DNA of 64,000 nucleotides from Actinomycetota bacterium. Lineage in GTDB: Bacteria > Actinomycetota > Acidimicrobiia > Acidimicrobiales > JAJPHE01. Where the stretch lies: positions 3,204 through 67,203 of the forward strand of contig DAHUYE010000041.1 of NCBI GenBank assembly GCA_027315345.1. Reading direction: 5' to 3'. The position numbers were made by a program, and so were the translations under genes. The notes under the pieces were generated by a model. It made no database searches and was not told the origin of the DNA. It worked only from the letters and a program-made list of their open reading frames with translations. Of the stretch, positions 45,446 through 55,043 are shown in pieces. Positions within the stretch are counted from its first letter, which is position 1. Each line of letters starts with the position of its first letter.

Positions 45446-46456
45446 TTGGCCCGCTATGTGGTGGCCGGCCTGGGGGCGGTGGGGGCACGTGCCGCCCGCC
45501 AAGTCCATTCCCTCGGGAACGTGGATGCGCTCTGGCTGGTCGGAGCTGACCGGGCCCGGGCCCAGGAGATTGCCGGGGCCATCGGTGGCCCGGCCCGGCC
45601 CGGCGCCTGGGAGGCGGCCCTGGCTGATTCTCCCGACGCCGTCGTGTTCTGCGGCGCGGCGGGGCAGCTGATCCGAGCCGACCGGGTGGTCGAGCGGGCC
45701 TCGGCGGCGCTGGACGCCGGCGCCAGCGTGGTTTCCACCGCCGACGGGCTGGAGGAGATGGACGGGCTGCTGGCTCTGGACGCCCGGGCCCGCGACGGGG
45801 GCCGCCACGTGGTGGTCGGGGCCGGCTTCTGTCCCGGCCTCAGTTGCATTCTGGCCGTCCATGCCGCCGCCCGGATGGCCGAGGTGGCCGAGGTCAGGGT
45901 GGCCGCCTCGGGAGCGGGTGGGCCGGCCTGCCGGCGAAGTTACCTGCGCTCTCTCCGGGGTCCCACTCACGAGTGGGAGTCAGGCACGTGGGTATCCCAC
46001 CCGGCCGGCTCGGGCCGTGAGCTGTGCTGGTTCCCCGATCCCGAGGGGGCCCGGGACTGCTACCGGGCCGACTTCGCCGCCACCCAGTTGCTGTTGTCCG
46101 CCTTCCCCTCGGCCCAGCGCATCAGTGCCCGGCGGGCCGGCTCCCCCCGGGAGCGGATGGGCCTGGGCCAACGCCTGGTGCACCGGCACTCGGAGGGATC
46201 GTCGGGCGCCGTCCGGGTCGAGGTGGTCGGACGCCAGGACGGAGCAGTGGTCTCCAGGGTGCTGGGGGCCTACGACCGGCCGGCTCTGGCCGCCGGAGCC
46301 GTGGCCGCCCTGGCGGCGCACTGGGCGGTGGAACACCGGCTGGCCCGCACCGGCGCCGGCGGGATGGGGGAACTGGTCAAGGACAGCGCCGGGTTCCTGG
46401 CCCAGCTGGCTGAGCGAGGCGTGAAGGCGGCGGTCTTCACTGGCAATGATGGCTGA
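45446..46456 (+). CDS. Saccharopine-dehydrogenase-like NAD(P)-binding protein
   Basis: TTG start. Rossmann N-terminus YVVAGLGAVGARAA, and GAGFCPGLS typical of the Sacchrp_dh family. Confidence 0.65.
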   Translation: MARYVVAGLGAVGARAARQVHSLGNVDALWLVGADRARAQEIAGAIGGPARPGAWEAALADSPDAVVFCGAAGQLIRADRVVERASAALDAGASVVSTADGLEEMDGLLALDARARDGGRHVVVGAGFCPGLSCILAVHAAARMAEVAEVRVAASGAGGPACRRSYLRSLRGPTHEWESGTWVSHPAGSGRELCWFPDPEGARDCYRADFAATQLLLSAFPSAQRISARRAGSPRERMGLGQRLVHRHSEGSSGAVRVEVVGRQDGAVVSRVLGAYDRPALAAGAVAALAAHWAVEHRLARTGAGGMGELVKDSAGFLAQLAERGVKAAVFTGNDG

Positions 46457-46883
46457 GCCGGGCCTGAGCCGGGGACGCCGGCCGCGCCGCAGGGCCGGCG
46501 GTGCCGGGCCGACTTTGAGTGGCCTGGCCGGTCTGGTCGCGGCCGGCCTGGTCCTGGCCGGCTGCGCGGCCGGTAACCAAGCCGGGGCCCTGCAGGCGCC
46601 GGCGCCGGTGTCGGGGGTGGTGACGGCCCGACCTCCATGCGCATCGGGACAGGCCTGTTCGTTCCTGGTCGCCCTGGTTCCCGGTGCCCTGGTGGTGGCC
46701 AACGGTAAGGACGGCACCCACGAGGTCCGGGCCGACGGGCACGGGCGCTACCGGATCTTCCTGCTGGAAGGGGTGTGGACCCTCCAAGCCGCCCGTAACC
46801 CCAACTCTCCCATGGGCCGACCGGTCCGGGTCGACCTCACTGCCGGGCGGGCGGTCACGGTGAATCTGTCGGCCGGCTCCTGA
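46446..46883 (+). CDS. Lipoprotein with carboxypeptidase-regulatory-like beta-sandwich
   Basis: Lipobox LVLAGC. ...ADGHGRYRIFLLEGVWTL resembles CarboxypepD_reg repeats. Confidence 0.6.
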   Translation: MMAEPGLSRGRRPRRRAGGAGPTLSGLAGLVAAGLVLAGCAAGNQAGALQAPAPVSGVVTARPPCASGQACSFLVALVPGALVVANGKDGTHEVRADGHGRYRIFLLEGVWTLQAARNPNSPMGRPVRVDLTAGRAVTVNLSAGS

Positions 46884-46907
46884 GCCGCCGGCCGCCACGC
46901 CGCCGGG

Positions 46908-47492
46908 TCAGCTGACCCGGCGCACGTCGAGGTACTGAACCCCGAACTGCTTGCAGTCCTCATAGGTCGGTTCCCACACGTCGATGTGGCGGCCCCGCAC
47001 GGCGCCGCCGGTGTCATCGGCCACCCGGTAGCCCACGCCCTGGATCCACAGGCGGGTGCCGAGCGGGATGACGGAGGGATCGACGGCCACGCTGTCGGGA
47101 CCGGCTTCGTCTCCGTTGGCGGTTTGGCCGTGGATGTCGTAGCAGGTGGCCATGAACTGGCCCAGGTCGGTGCCGCCCGGGCCGTTGGTCTCCGCCTTGG
47201 CGGTGACGACCGGGGCGGCGGTGGTCGTGGTGGTGGTCGGAGCGGTGGTGGTGGTGCTGGATGTGGTGGTCGTGGTGGGGGCCGGCTCCACCAGGGCGGC
47301 CAGGTCGGCCTCGACGCCGTTGTTGGCCGGTCCGGACAGCTCGGCGTGGTGGGCGCCGGTCGGGCCGGGCGAGTCCTCGGCCCCCACGGCCAGGGAGTGG
47401 GCCGGGGTGAAGACCAGGACGTTGGCTCCCGCTCCGGCGGCCAGGGCCAGGGCCAGGCGGCGACGTCTACGGCGGGGAAGGGGTACGGACAT
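46908..47492 (-). CDS. Secreted 3D-domain (RlpA/MltA-like double-psi barrel) cell-wall protein with poly-Thr linker
   Basis: Signal peptide with RRRRRR n-region, T-rich linker ([20 protein letters not shown]). C-terminal motif [39 protein letters not shown] has the three conserved Asp context. Confidence 0.8.
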   Translation of the reverse strand: MSVPLPRRRRRRLALALAAGAGANVLVFTPAHSLAVGAEDSPGPTGAHHAELSGPANNGVEADLAALVEPAPTTTTTSSTTTTAPTTTTTTAAPVVTAKAETNGPGGTDLGQFMATCYDIHGQTANGDEAGPDSVAVDPSVIPLGTRLWIQGVGYRVADDTGGAVRGRHIDVWEPTYEDCKQFGVQYLDVRRVS

Positions 47493-47650
47493 GCAGGGGT
47501 CCTTTCTGACGGGGGGTGACGCGCGCCCGGGACTGGTGGGTCCCCGGCGCCAGGTCCCTCGAGTCTTTGGAGGGCTCCGGCAGGTACCGAAGGAGCTACC
47601 CCGGAGGGCTGCCCCGATCGCTCGGCACCACGCGACCGCTGCTTGCTGTA
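47493..47650 (-). promoter_or_regulatory. Long GC-rich structured 5' leader of the 3D-domain gene (candidate cyclic-di-AMP/ydaO-type riboswitch), with putative promoter at 47657-47685
   Basis: On the minus strand: -35 GTGACT, 17-nt spacer, extended -10 TGCTAAAGT. The leader contains GAGCGATCGGGGCAGCCC, GCCGGGGACCCACC and CCCCGTCAG just before the RBS AAAGGA. This is only a partial match to remembered ydaO hallmarks. Confidence 0.3.
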
Positions 47651-47778
47651 GTTAGCACTTTAGCACAGGTGGCCTGACTAGTCACGGATGGGCGGCCCGC
47701 CGGCTCTACCCGAGGCCGCTCCATACCCGTATCGGGCCGGCTCTATGCATGCCGATACGCCGCCCTTAGGGTTGGGCG

Positions 47779-48933
47779 ATGGTGGTCCGGTGGGTGGCTA
47801 TGGCGGCAGGTTTCGGGCTGCTGGTCCTGGGGGCCACCTCCATCGTCTTCACCCTGGTCCTGCCCCGGGCCCATCCCTCCCGGTTGCCGGATCTGGTGCT
47901 GCGGGGCCTGCACGGATTGAGCCGCCACGCCGCCGACCGGGTCGACACCTACGAGGGTAAGGACCGGCTCATGGCCTTTGCCGGGCCGCTCGCCCTCATG
48001 GGGCTGTTCCTGGTGTGGCTGACCGTGTTCTTTGCCGGGTACTCGCTGGTTCTCTGGCCCCTGGTGCCCGGGTCCCTGCTGGGGTCACTGGCCGCCGCCC
48101 TCAAGGCGGCCGGCTCGGCGCTGTTCACCCTGGGGCTGGCCGGCCAGCCGGCGGGTCCGGCCATAGCCGCCTCCTACGCCGCCGCCGCCACCGGACTGGT
48201 GGCGGTGGCCCTGGAGATCGCCTACCTGCCCACCATCTACTCGGCCTTCAACCGGCGCGAGACGCTGGTGACCCTGCTGCAGAGCCGGGCCGGCGCCCCG
48301 GCCTGGGGCCCGGAGATCCTGGCCCGCCACCAGCTGGTCGGCATCACCGACCGACTCCCCGACTTCTACGAAGCCTGGGAGCAGTGGTCGGCCGAGCTGG
48401 CCGAGACCCACACCACCTATCCCGTGCTCGTCCTGTTCCGATCCCCCCATCCGCTCCGGTCCTGGATCGTGGCCCTGGTGTCGGTGCTCGACTCGGCCGC
48501 CCTGTACATGAGCCTGTGCCCCCGCAGCGCTCCCACCTCGGCCCGGCTCTGCCTGCGCATGGGTTTCGTCTGCCTGCGGGAGATCGCCCCGGAGTGGGGC
48601 TTCCACCCCGACCCCGACCCCCTGCCGGACGGTCCCGTCGAACTCTCCTACGAGGAGTTCCTGGAGGGGGTGGCCCGCATGGAGGGGGCCGGCGTGGTGC
48701 TCGAACGCAGCCCGGCCGAGGCCTGGCCGCACTTCCGGGGGTGGCGGGTCAACTACGAGTCGACGGTGTACTTCCTGACCGAGTTGACCAGCGCCGTGCC
48801 CGCCCCCTGGTCCGGGCCCCGCCGGCGCCTGGCCCCCATCTCGCCCACCCGTCCCAAGGATCGCACCCCCGAGGATCCCCAGGCGGCCCGCCAGCCCGAG
48901 GGTCGTTGGAGCGGACCGACGCCCTACCCCTAA
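47779..48933 (+). CDS. Polytopic membrane protein, unknown function
   Basis: 384 aa. Several TM helices in the first 170 aa, then a soluble C-terminal half. GC3-rich codons. Confidence 0.6.
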   Translation: MVVRWVAMAAGFGLLVLGATSIVFTLVLPRAHPSRLPDLVLRGLHGLSRHAADRVDTYEGKDRLMAFAGPLALMGLFLVWLTVFFAGYSLVLWPLVPGSLLGSLAAALKAAGSALFTLGLAGQPAGPAIAASYAAAATGLVAVALEIAYLPTIYSAFNRRETLVTLLQSRAGAPAWGPEILARHQLVGITDRLPDFYEAWEQWSAELAETHTTYPVLVLFRSPHPLRSWIVALVSVLDSAALYMSLCPRSAPTSARLCLRMGFVCLREIAPEWGFHPDPDPLPDGPVELSYEEFLEGVARMEGAGVVLERSPAEAWPHFRGWRVNYESTVYFLTELTSAVPAPWSGPRRRLAPISPTRPKDRTPEDPQAARQPEGRWSGPTPYP

Positions 48934-48945
48934 CCTCCCCGCTTC

Positions 48946-50079
48946 GTGAAGGTGGGCATCCCGACAGAGACACAGCCCGGTGAGAACCGGGTGGCCATGG
49001 TGCCGGCCGTGGCCGGCTCCGTCATAGCCGCCGGTCACCAGCTGGTGGTCCAGTCGGGGGCGGGGACGGCGTCCGGATATCCCGATGCCGACTACCAGGC
49101 CGCCGGGGCCACCGTGGTCCCGTCGGGGGCCGAGGTCCTGGGCGGCTCGGACATGATCCTCAAGGTCCAGGTCCCCAGCATGGCCGAGGCGGGCGCCCTG
49201 CGAGAGGGCGCCGCCCTCATCGCCCTGTTCAGCCCGGGTCGGCGCCTGGACGAGGTCCGGGCCCTGGCCGGACGACGGGTCACGTCCTTCAGCCTGGAGC
49301 TGCTGCCCCGCACCACCCGGGCCCAGAGCATGGACGCCCTGTCCTCCCAGTCGACCGTGGCCGGCTACCGGGGCGTGCTCATAGCCGCCAACCGCCTGCC
49401 CCGCTTCCTGCCCATGTTCATGACCGCGGCCGGAACGGTGGCCCCGGCCAAGTTCCTGATCCTGGGGGCGGGAGTGGCCGGCCTACAGGCCATCTCCACG
49501 GCCAGGCGGCTGGGGGCGGTGGTGTCCGCCTACGACGTGCGGGCCGCCTCCAAGGGGGAGGTGGAGAGCCTGGGGGCCAAATTCGTGGATCTGCAGCTGG
49601 GCACGGCCGAGGGCGCCGGGGGTTACGCCGCCGAGCAGGCCGAGGAGACCCAGCGCCGCCAGCGGGAGGCCTTGGCCCCCTTCGTGGCCGCCTCCGACGT
49701 GGTCATCACCACCGCCCAGATCCCGGGCCGGCCCGCCCCGGTGCTGGTGACGGCCGAGATGATGAAAGGCATGCGGGCCGGTTCGGTGGTGGTGGACCTC
49801 GCCTCCGACACCGGCGGCAACGTCGAGGTGTCCCGGCCCGGGGAGGAGGTCGACCATGACGGGGTGGCCGTCATCGGCGTGTCCAACCCGGCCTCGGCGC
49901 TGCCGACCCACGCCAGCCAGCTCTACGCCCGCAACCTGGCCAACCTTCTGGCCCTCATGACCAAGGACGGAGCCTTCGTGCCCGACTACGAGGACGACAT
50001 CGTGGCCGCCACCGTGGTCACCCGAGATGGTGAGGTCGTGCACGGCCCGACCCGGGAGCTGGCCGGAGCGGCGTGGTGA
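48946..50079 (+). CDS. pntAA: NAD(P) transhydrogenase subunit alpha part 1
   Basis: VKVGIPTE..GENRVA N-terminus and Rossmann ILGAGVAGLQAI. 377 aa. Confidence 0.93.
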   Translation: MKVGIPTETQPGENRVAMVPAVAGSVIAAGHQLVVQSGAGTASGYPDADYQAAGATVVPSGAEVLGGSDMILKVQVPSMAEAGALREGAALIALFSPGRRLDEVRALAGRRVTSFSLELLPRTTRAQSMDALSSQSTVAGYRGVLIAANRLPRFLPMFMTAAGTVAPAKFLILGAGVAGLQAISTARRLGAVVSAYDVRAASKGEVESLGAKFVDLQLGTAEGAGGYAAEQAEETQRRQREALAPFVAASDVVITTAQIPGRPAPVLVTAEMMKGMRAGSVVVDLASDTGGNVEVSRPGEEVDHDGVAVIGVSNPASALPTHASQLYARNLANLLALMTKDGAFVPDYEDDIVAATVVTRDGEVVHGPTRELAGAAW

Positions 50080-50423
50080 CCGACTTCCTGACGCTTTTCA
50101 CCATCTTCGTGCTGTCGATCTTCCTCGGCATCGAGGTCATCTCCAAGGTGCCGAGCATTCTGCACACGCCCCTCATGTCCGGCACCAACGCCATCCACGG
50201 GATCATCCTGGTCGGGGCCATCGCCATCCTGGCCTCGGCCGACACCACCACCCTGCGGGTCATCGGCTTCCTGGCCGTGGTCCTGGCCACCCTCAACGTC
50301 ATCGGCGGCTTCGTGGTCACCGACCGGATGCTGGAGATGTTCAAGGGCCGGGGCCAGCGGGGCCGCCGGGACCAGGGGGCGGCGGCCTCGGCGGTCACCC
50401 CGCCGGCCGAGCCGGCCCAGTGA
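50073..50423 (+). CDS. pntAB: NAD(P) transhydrogenase subunit alpha part 2 (membrane)
   Basis: 116 aa, TM-rich. PLMSGTNAIHGIILVGA motif. Confidence 0.9.
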   Translation: MVTDFLTLFTIFVLSIFLGIEVISKVPSILHTPLMSGTNAIHGIILVGAIAILASADTTTLRVIGFLAVVLATLNVIGGFVVTDRMLEMFKGRGQRGRRDQGAAASAVTPPAEPAQ

Positions 50424-50436
50424 TCGGGACCCGACC

Positions 50437-51819
50437 GTGACCGCCGCCCTCCACTGGTCCTATCTGGCCGCCGCCGTCTGCTTCATCCTGGCCCTGCGCG
50501 GCCTGTCCGGGCCCCGCACCGCCCGGCCGGGCAACCTCATCGGCGCTTTCGGTATGGCCCTCGCTCTGGCCCTGACCCTGTCGGCCACCCACCTGTCCAA
50601 CCTGGTGCTCCTGATCGTGGCCATGGCCGTGGGCGTGGCCATCGGCGTGCCCGTGGCTCGCATGGTCCGCATGACGGCCATGCCCCAGATGGTGGCCGCC
50701 TTCAACGGCGTGGGGGGCGGGGCGGCCGCCCTGGTGGCCCTGGCCGACTACATCCGCAGCAGCAATGGGGTGGCCCTGTCCACCGGTAACCGGCTGGCCG
50801 TGATGCTGGGGGTGGTCATCGGCTGTATCTCCTTTGCCGGGTCGGTGGTGGCCTTCGCCAAGCTGCAGGAGCTGATCACCGGACGGCCCATCGTCTATCC
50901 GGGCCAGCAGGTGGTCAACGGTGTCATGGGGGCGGCCGCCCTGGCCCTCACCGTCACCGCCATCATCGGCCCCCACGTCGGACTGGTGGCCATCGTCGGG
51001 CTCATCGCCCTGGGCCTGGGCGTGGCCGTGGTCATGCCCATCGGCGGCGCCGACGTGCCGGTGGTCATCTCGCTGCTCAACTCCCTCACCGGCCTGGCCG
51101 TGGCCGCCTCCGGCTTCGTGCTGCACAACGTGGTGCTGATCGTGGCCGGCACCCTGGTCGGCGCGTCGGGAACCCTGCTGACCCGCATGATGAGCCAGGC
51201 CATGGGTCGCTCCCTGGCCAACATCATCTTCGGCGCCTTCGGATCGGTGTCGGCGGTGGCCGGGGCCGATGGAGCCGGCGGTGAGCGCACCGTCCGCTCC
51301 GGTACGGCCGATGACATCGGGACCCTCCTGGCCTACTCCAACCGGGTCATCGTGGTCCCCGGTTACGGCTTGGCCGTGGCCCAGGCCCAGCACACCATCC
51401 GGGAGCTGGCCGATCTGCTGGAGTCCCGTGGCGTGGAGGTCATCTACGCCATCCACCCGGTGGCCGGACGCATGCCCGGGCACATGAACGTGCTCCTGGC
51501 CGAGGCCGATGTCCCCTACGAGCAGTTGAAGGAGATGGACGAGGCCAACCCGCTCCTGCCCAGCACCGACGTGGCCCTGGTGGTAGGGGCCAACGATGTG
51601 GTCAACCCGGCCGCCCGGGACTCTCCGGGGAGTCCCATCTACGGGATGCCCATCATCAACGTGGACGAGGCGGGCAACATCATCTTCCTCAAGCGCTCGA
51701 TGCGGCCGGGCTTCGCCGGCATCGACAACGAGCTGCTCTACAACCCCAAGACGACCCTGCTCTTCGGGGATGCCAAGGACAGCCTCTCCAAGCTGGTGGC
51801 GGCGGTCAAGACGGCGTGA
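50437..51819 (+). CDS. pntB: NAD(P) transhydrogenase subunit beta
   Basis: 460 aa. Membrane domain plus dIII NADP(H) site VPGYGLAVAQAQH...IHPVAGRMPGHMNVLLAEA. Confidence 0.93.
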   Translation: MTAALHWSYLAAAVCFILALRGLSGPRTARPGNLIGAFGMALALALTLSATHLSNLVLLIVAMAVGVAIGVPVARMVRMTAMPQMVAAFNGVGGGAAALVALADYIRSSNGVALSTGNRLAVMLGVVIGCISFAGSVVAFAKLQELITGRPIVYPGQQVVNGVMGAAALALTVTAIIGPHVGLVAIVGLIALGLGVAVVMPIGGADVPVVISLLNSLTGLAVAASGFVLHNVVLIVAGTLVGASGTLLTRMMSQAMGRSLANIIFGAFGSVSAVAGADGAGGERTVRSGTADDIGTLLAYSNRVIVVPGYGLAVAQAQHTIRELADLLESRGVEVIYAIHPVAGRMPGHMNVLLAEADVPYEQLKEMDEANPLLPSTDVALVVGANDVVNPAARDSPGSPIYGMPIINVDEAGNIIFLKRSMRPGFAGIDNELLYNPKTTLLFGDAKDSLSKLVAAVKTA

Positions 51820-51856
51820 GCGTGCCGGGGCGGCGCCGGCGTGAGAGCCTGAGGCG

Positions 51857-52918
51857 GTGACCACCACCGAGCCCTTCGTCATTTCCGGGACCGTCCAGAA
51901 GCAGGCCTGGGAAGACGGGATCATGCCCCCGGTCGAGAACCTGGGCGGCGGGCTGTGGTCCATCCCGGTCCCGATGCCGCAGAGCTCGCTGCGCTACGTC
52001 ATCGTCTACGCCCTGGAGCTGACCGATGGGGTGGCCATCATCGACGCCGGCTGGGACACCGACGCCGCCTGGGCCGCCCTCAACGCCGGGTTGGGCACCG
52101 CCGGCTACCAAATGGCCGACGTCAAGGCCGCCCTCATCACCCATATCCACCCGGACCACTATGGCCTGGCCGGCCGGGTCCGGGAGGCCTCCGGGGCCTG
52201 GATCGCCCTCCACCCGGCCGACGCCGCCGCCCTCTCCCAGCGCTACGTGGACATGGACGACCTGTTCGTCAAGATGCGGGCGCATCTGGCCGACTGCGGT
52301 GTGCCGCCCGAGACCACCGATGACATGCGGGGGGCGTCGATGGGGGTGCGGCCCTTCGTCAGCTTCGCCGAGCCCGACGTGCTCCTGGAGGACGGGGACA
52401 GTCCCGATACCCCGGGCTGGGACCTGCGGGCCATCTGGACCCCGGGCCATTCCCCGGGCCATCTCTGTTTCTACGCCCCGGAGCGCAAGCTGCTCATGTC
52501 CGGGGACCATGTGCTGCCCCGCATCACCCCCAACATCTCCTTCCACCCCCAGCAATCGGCCAGCCCTCTGGCCGATTTCATCGAGTCCCTGGCCAAGGTG
52601 GCCCTGTTGGAGACCGATGAGGTCCTGCCCGCCCACGAGTACCGCTTCCGGGGCCTGGCCGCCCGGGTGACCCAGCTGCGGGACCACCACGAGGAGCGCT
52701 TCGGGGAGATCCTGGCCACGGTGTCGGCCCGGCCCGGCTGCACGGCCTGGGAGGTGGCCACCACCCTGACCTGGAGTCGGCCCTGGGACCAGATCGAGTC
52801 CTGGATGCGCCGGGCCGCCCTGGGCGAGACGCTGGCCCACATGATGGTGCTCGAGACCCGGGGACAGTTGCGCCGGGAGGGCCGCTCCCCGGAGCGGTGG
52901 GAGACGACGGGGCGCTAG
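51857..52918 (+). CDS. MBL-fold metallo-hydrolase
   Basis: ITHIHPDHYG (HxHxDH), TPGHSPGH, SGDHV. 353 aa. Confidence 0.85.
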   Translation: MTTTEPFVISGTVQKQAWEDGIMPPVENLGGGLWSIPVPMPQSSLRYVIVYALELTDGVAIIDAGWDTDAAWAALNAGLGTAGYQMADVKAALITHIHPDHYGLAGRVREASGAWIALHPADAAALSQRYVDMDDLFVKMRAHLADCGVPPETTDDMRGASMGVRPFVSFAEPDVLLEDGDSPDTPGWDLRAIWTPGHSPGHLCFYAPERKLLMSGDHVLPRITPNISFHPQQSASPLADFIESLAKVALLETDEVLPAHEYRFRGLAARVTQLRDHHEERFGEILATVSARPGCTAWEVATTLTWSRPWDQIESWMRRAALGETLAHMMVLETRGQLRREGRSPERWETTGR

Positions 52919-52974
52919 CGCTAGCGGCCCGGGCGCCGGCCGGCGCCACTCGTGCAGGCGCCCCAGCCGCTGGT

Positions 52975-53448
52975 TCAGGCGTCGCCCAGCGGGCGGCCGA
53001 TGGCAACTTCCCGCATGGTGGTGAGGGCGTAGACGGCCATTTCGCCGTCCTGGAGGAAGCGGGTGGTGACGAAGCGGGTCCGGGCCCGGGCCTTCTCCAG
53101 CCGGCTCTCGATTTCGAAGCGGGGACCGAGGATGGGCTCGAAGTAGTCGATGCGCATGTTGGTGGTGGCCAGCCAGTTGCGGGGGCCGTTCGTCCACTCC
53201 TGACGCCGGCCGGCCCTGACCGTCTGCAGGGCGACCATGTCCACGTAGGTGGGCGTGAAGCCCCCGAAGAGCTGGCCCCGGGGGTTTCGGACCTGGGTCG
53301 GCAGGTGGCAGGACACCCGGAGCAGGCCCGGGCCCTCCTCCAGCAGATCCCACTGGTGGGCCTCCAGGAAGTCTCCGGCCGGGTGGCCCCGCCCCATGAG
53401 GCGGCCGGGCTCGGGTGCGGTCCAGGCCCGGACCGAGCCGGGGTCCAT
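52975..53448 (-). CDS. PaaI/hotdog-fold thioesterase
   Basis: Core NPRGQLFGGFTPTYVDMVA. Start taken at ATG 53448 (MDPGSV), because the longer track ORF runs into the repeat region. Confidence 0.6.
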   Translation of the reverse strand: MDPGSVRAWTAPEPGRLMGRGHPAGDFLEAHQWDLLEEGPGLLRVSCHLPTQVRNPRGQLFGGFTPTYVDMVALQTVRAGRRQEWTNGPRNWLATTNMRIDYFEPILGPRFEIESRLEKARARTRFVTTRFLQDGEMAVYALTTMREVAIGRPLGDA

Positions 53449-53497
53449 GGGGGCAGCGGGCGGTGGGCGGCTGGGGTCGGACACGGCGGCATCCTGC

Positions 53498-53523
53498 CAC
53501 CCGGGTGCCCGCCGCCAATCAAC
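53498..53523 (-). repeat. 26-nt direct repeat (partial copy of the 5' edge of element copy B)
   Basis: CACCCGGGTGCCCGCCGCCAATCAAC is identical to 53612-53637, 114 nt away. Confidence 0.9.
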
Positions 53524-53564
53524 AGGGAGGAGGATGGGAACGCACAGACGCAACCATGGAGGGC

Positions 53565-53630
53565 CCGCCCGGGGTTGGGCCCCCGGGCACCGCGGGGGGC
53601 GTGGTGCGAAGCACCCGGGTGCCCGCCGCC
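53565..53630 (-). repeat. 66-nt GC-rich double-hairpin element (copy B), starting 2 nt after the citrate synthase stop
   Basis: The reverse complement is 62/66 identical to 13949-14014. The inner hairpin differs by a compensatory pair (GGTGC-TTC-GCACC versus GGTCC-TTC-GGACC). Confidence 0.7.
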
Positions 53631-53632
53631 AA

Positions 53633-54988
53633 TCAACGCGGCAGGGGCTGGGGCGGGGGAGGCCCGACGTAGCGGGCGCTGGGGCGGATGATGCGGTTGT
53701 CCCGGGCCTGTTCGAGGATGTGGGCGGACCAGCCGACCACCCGGGCGGCGGCGAAGGTGGGCGTGAACAGCGTCCGGTCCAGCCCGGCCAGTTCCATCAC
53801 GACTCCGGCGTAGTACTCGACGTTGGTGTGCAGTTCCTGATCGGGCTTGAGCTCGGCCAGGGTGGAGAGGATGGTGGCTTCGACCTGCTGGGCGAAGTCC
53901 ACCAGCGGGCCGCCCATCTCCCTGGCGATGTCCCGGAGCATGGCCGAGCGGGGGTCATAGGTCTTGTAGACGGGATGGCCGAAGCCCATGATCCGCTCGC
54001 CCCGGGCGATGGCGTCGCGCACCCACGCCTCGGTGCGCTCGGGCGTGCCGATGGCGTCGAGGGTGTCGAGGGCCCGGCTGGGGGCGCCGCCGTGCAGCGG
54101 CCCGGACAGCGAGCCGAGGGCGGCCACGACCGCCGAGCCCAGGTCGGCCCCGGTGGAGGTGACCACCCGGGCGGTGAAGGTGGAGGCGTTGAAGCCGTGC
54201 TCGATGGTCGAGGTCATGTAGGCCTCCACCGCCCGCAGGGCCATGGGCTCGGGCTCGGCCCCGTGGAGCATGTAGAGGTAGTTGGCCACGTGGCCGAGGT
54301 CCTCCCTCGGCTCGAGGGGGGCCATCCCGTGGGCCAGCCGGTGCAGGGCGGCCACCAGGGTCGGCACCGCCGCCCCCAGCCGCAGCCCGTCGGCCCGGAG
54401 CCGCTCCGGGCTCACGTCCAGGCTGGGGCGGAAGCCCTCGGCCAGGGCCAGCAGGGACACGGCCGTCCGGAGCGCGTCCAGCGAGCCGGCTCCCCCCGGC
54501 GCCGCCAGCCCGGCCCGGGCGATGGCCGGCAGCACCTCGGCCACCGGCTCGGGCAGGCGGCGGAGGGGGGCCAACTCGGCCCGGAAAGTGGCCGCCTCAT
54601 CGGCGTCGGGGAGGTGGCCGTCGACCAATAGGGCCCAGGCGTCCTCGAAGCCGTAGTGGGTGCAGACGTCCACGGCCGAGTACTGGCGGTAGTGGTAGAA
54701 GCCCTCCAGGCCCCGTACCTCCCCGATCTCGGTCTCGGCCACGATGACACCCTTGAGCCCCCGCGGCACATCGGTGAAGGCACCCTCCACCGGGCGGAGC
54801 TGGGCCACCCCCATCAGGTCCCGCTCGGTCAGTATCCCCACCGGTCGATTGGCCTCGGCCACGACCACCGAACCCACGCCGGCCTCGGCCATGCGCCGGG
54901 CGGCAACCTCCAGGGTCTCCGCCGGGCCGGCGGTCACCGCCGGGCTGGTCATCAGGTCGGCCACCGTCCGCACTGTCGCTGTCATCAC
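53633..54988 (-). CDS. Citrate synthase family enzyme with an N-terminal CBS module
   Basis: aa 1-70: CBS-like VADLMTSPAVTAGPAETLEVAARRMAEAGVGSVVVAEANRPVGILTERDL. The rest is a citrate synthase fold with IEHGFNASTF, GFGHPVYKTYDPRS and NVEYYAGVV. Confidence 0.85.
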   Translation of the reverse strand: MMTATVRTVADLMTSPAVTAGPAETLEVAARRMAEAGVGSVVVAEANRPVGILTERDLMGVAQLRPVEGAFTDVPRGLKGVIVAETEIGEVRGLEGFYHYRQYSAVDVCTHYGFEDAWALLVDGHLPDADEAATFRAELAPLRRLPEPVAEVLPAIARAGLAAPGGAGSLDALRTAVSLLALAEGFRPSLDVSPERLRADGLRLGAAVPTLVAALHRLAHGMAPLEPREDLGHVANYLYMLHGAEPEPMALRAVEAYMTSTIEHGFNASTFTARVVTSTGADLGSAVVAALGSLSGPLHGGAPSRALDTLDAIGTPERTEAWVRDAIARGERIMGFGHPVYKTYDPRSAMLRDIAREMGGPLVDFAQQVEATILSTLAELKPDQELHTNVEYYAGVVMELAGLDRTLFTPTFAAARVVGWSAHILEQARDNRIIRPSARYVGPPPPQPLPR

Positions 54989-55043
54989 TGGCTCCTCTGA
55001 GCGTCGTCGGTTCTCTTGGTGGCTCTGATCCTCACCTTTCGGA

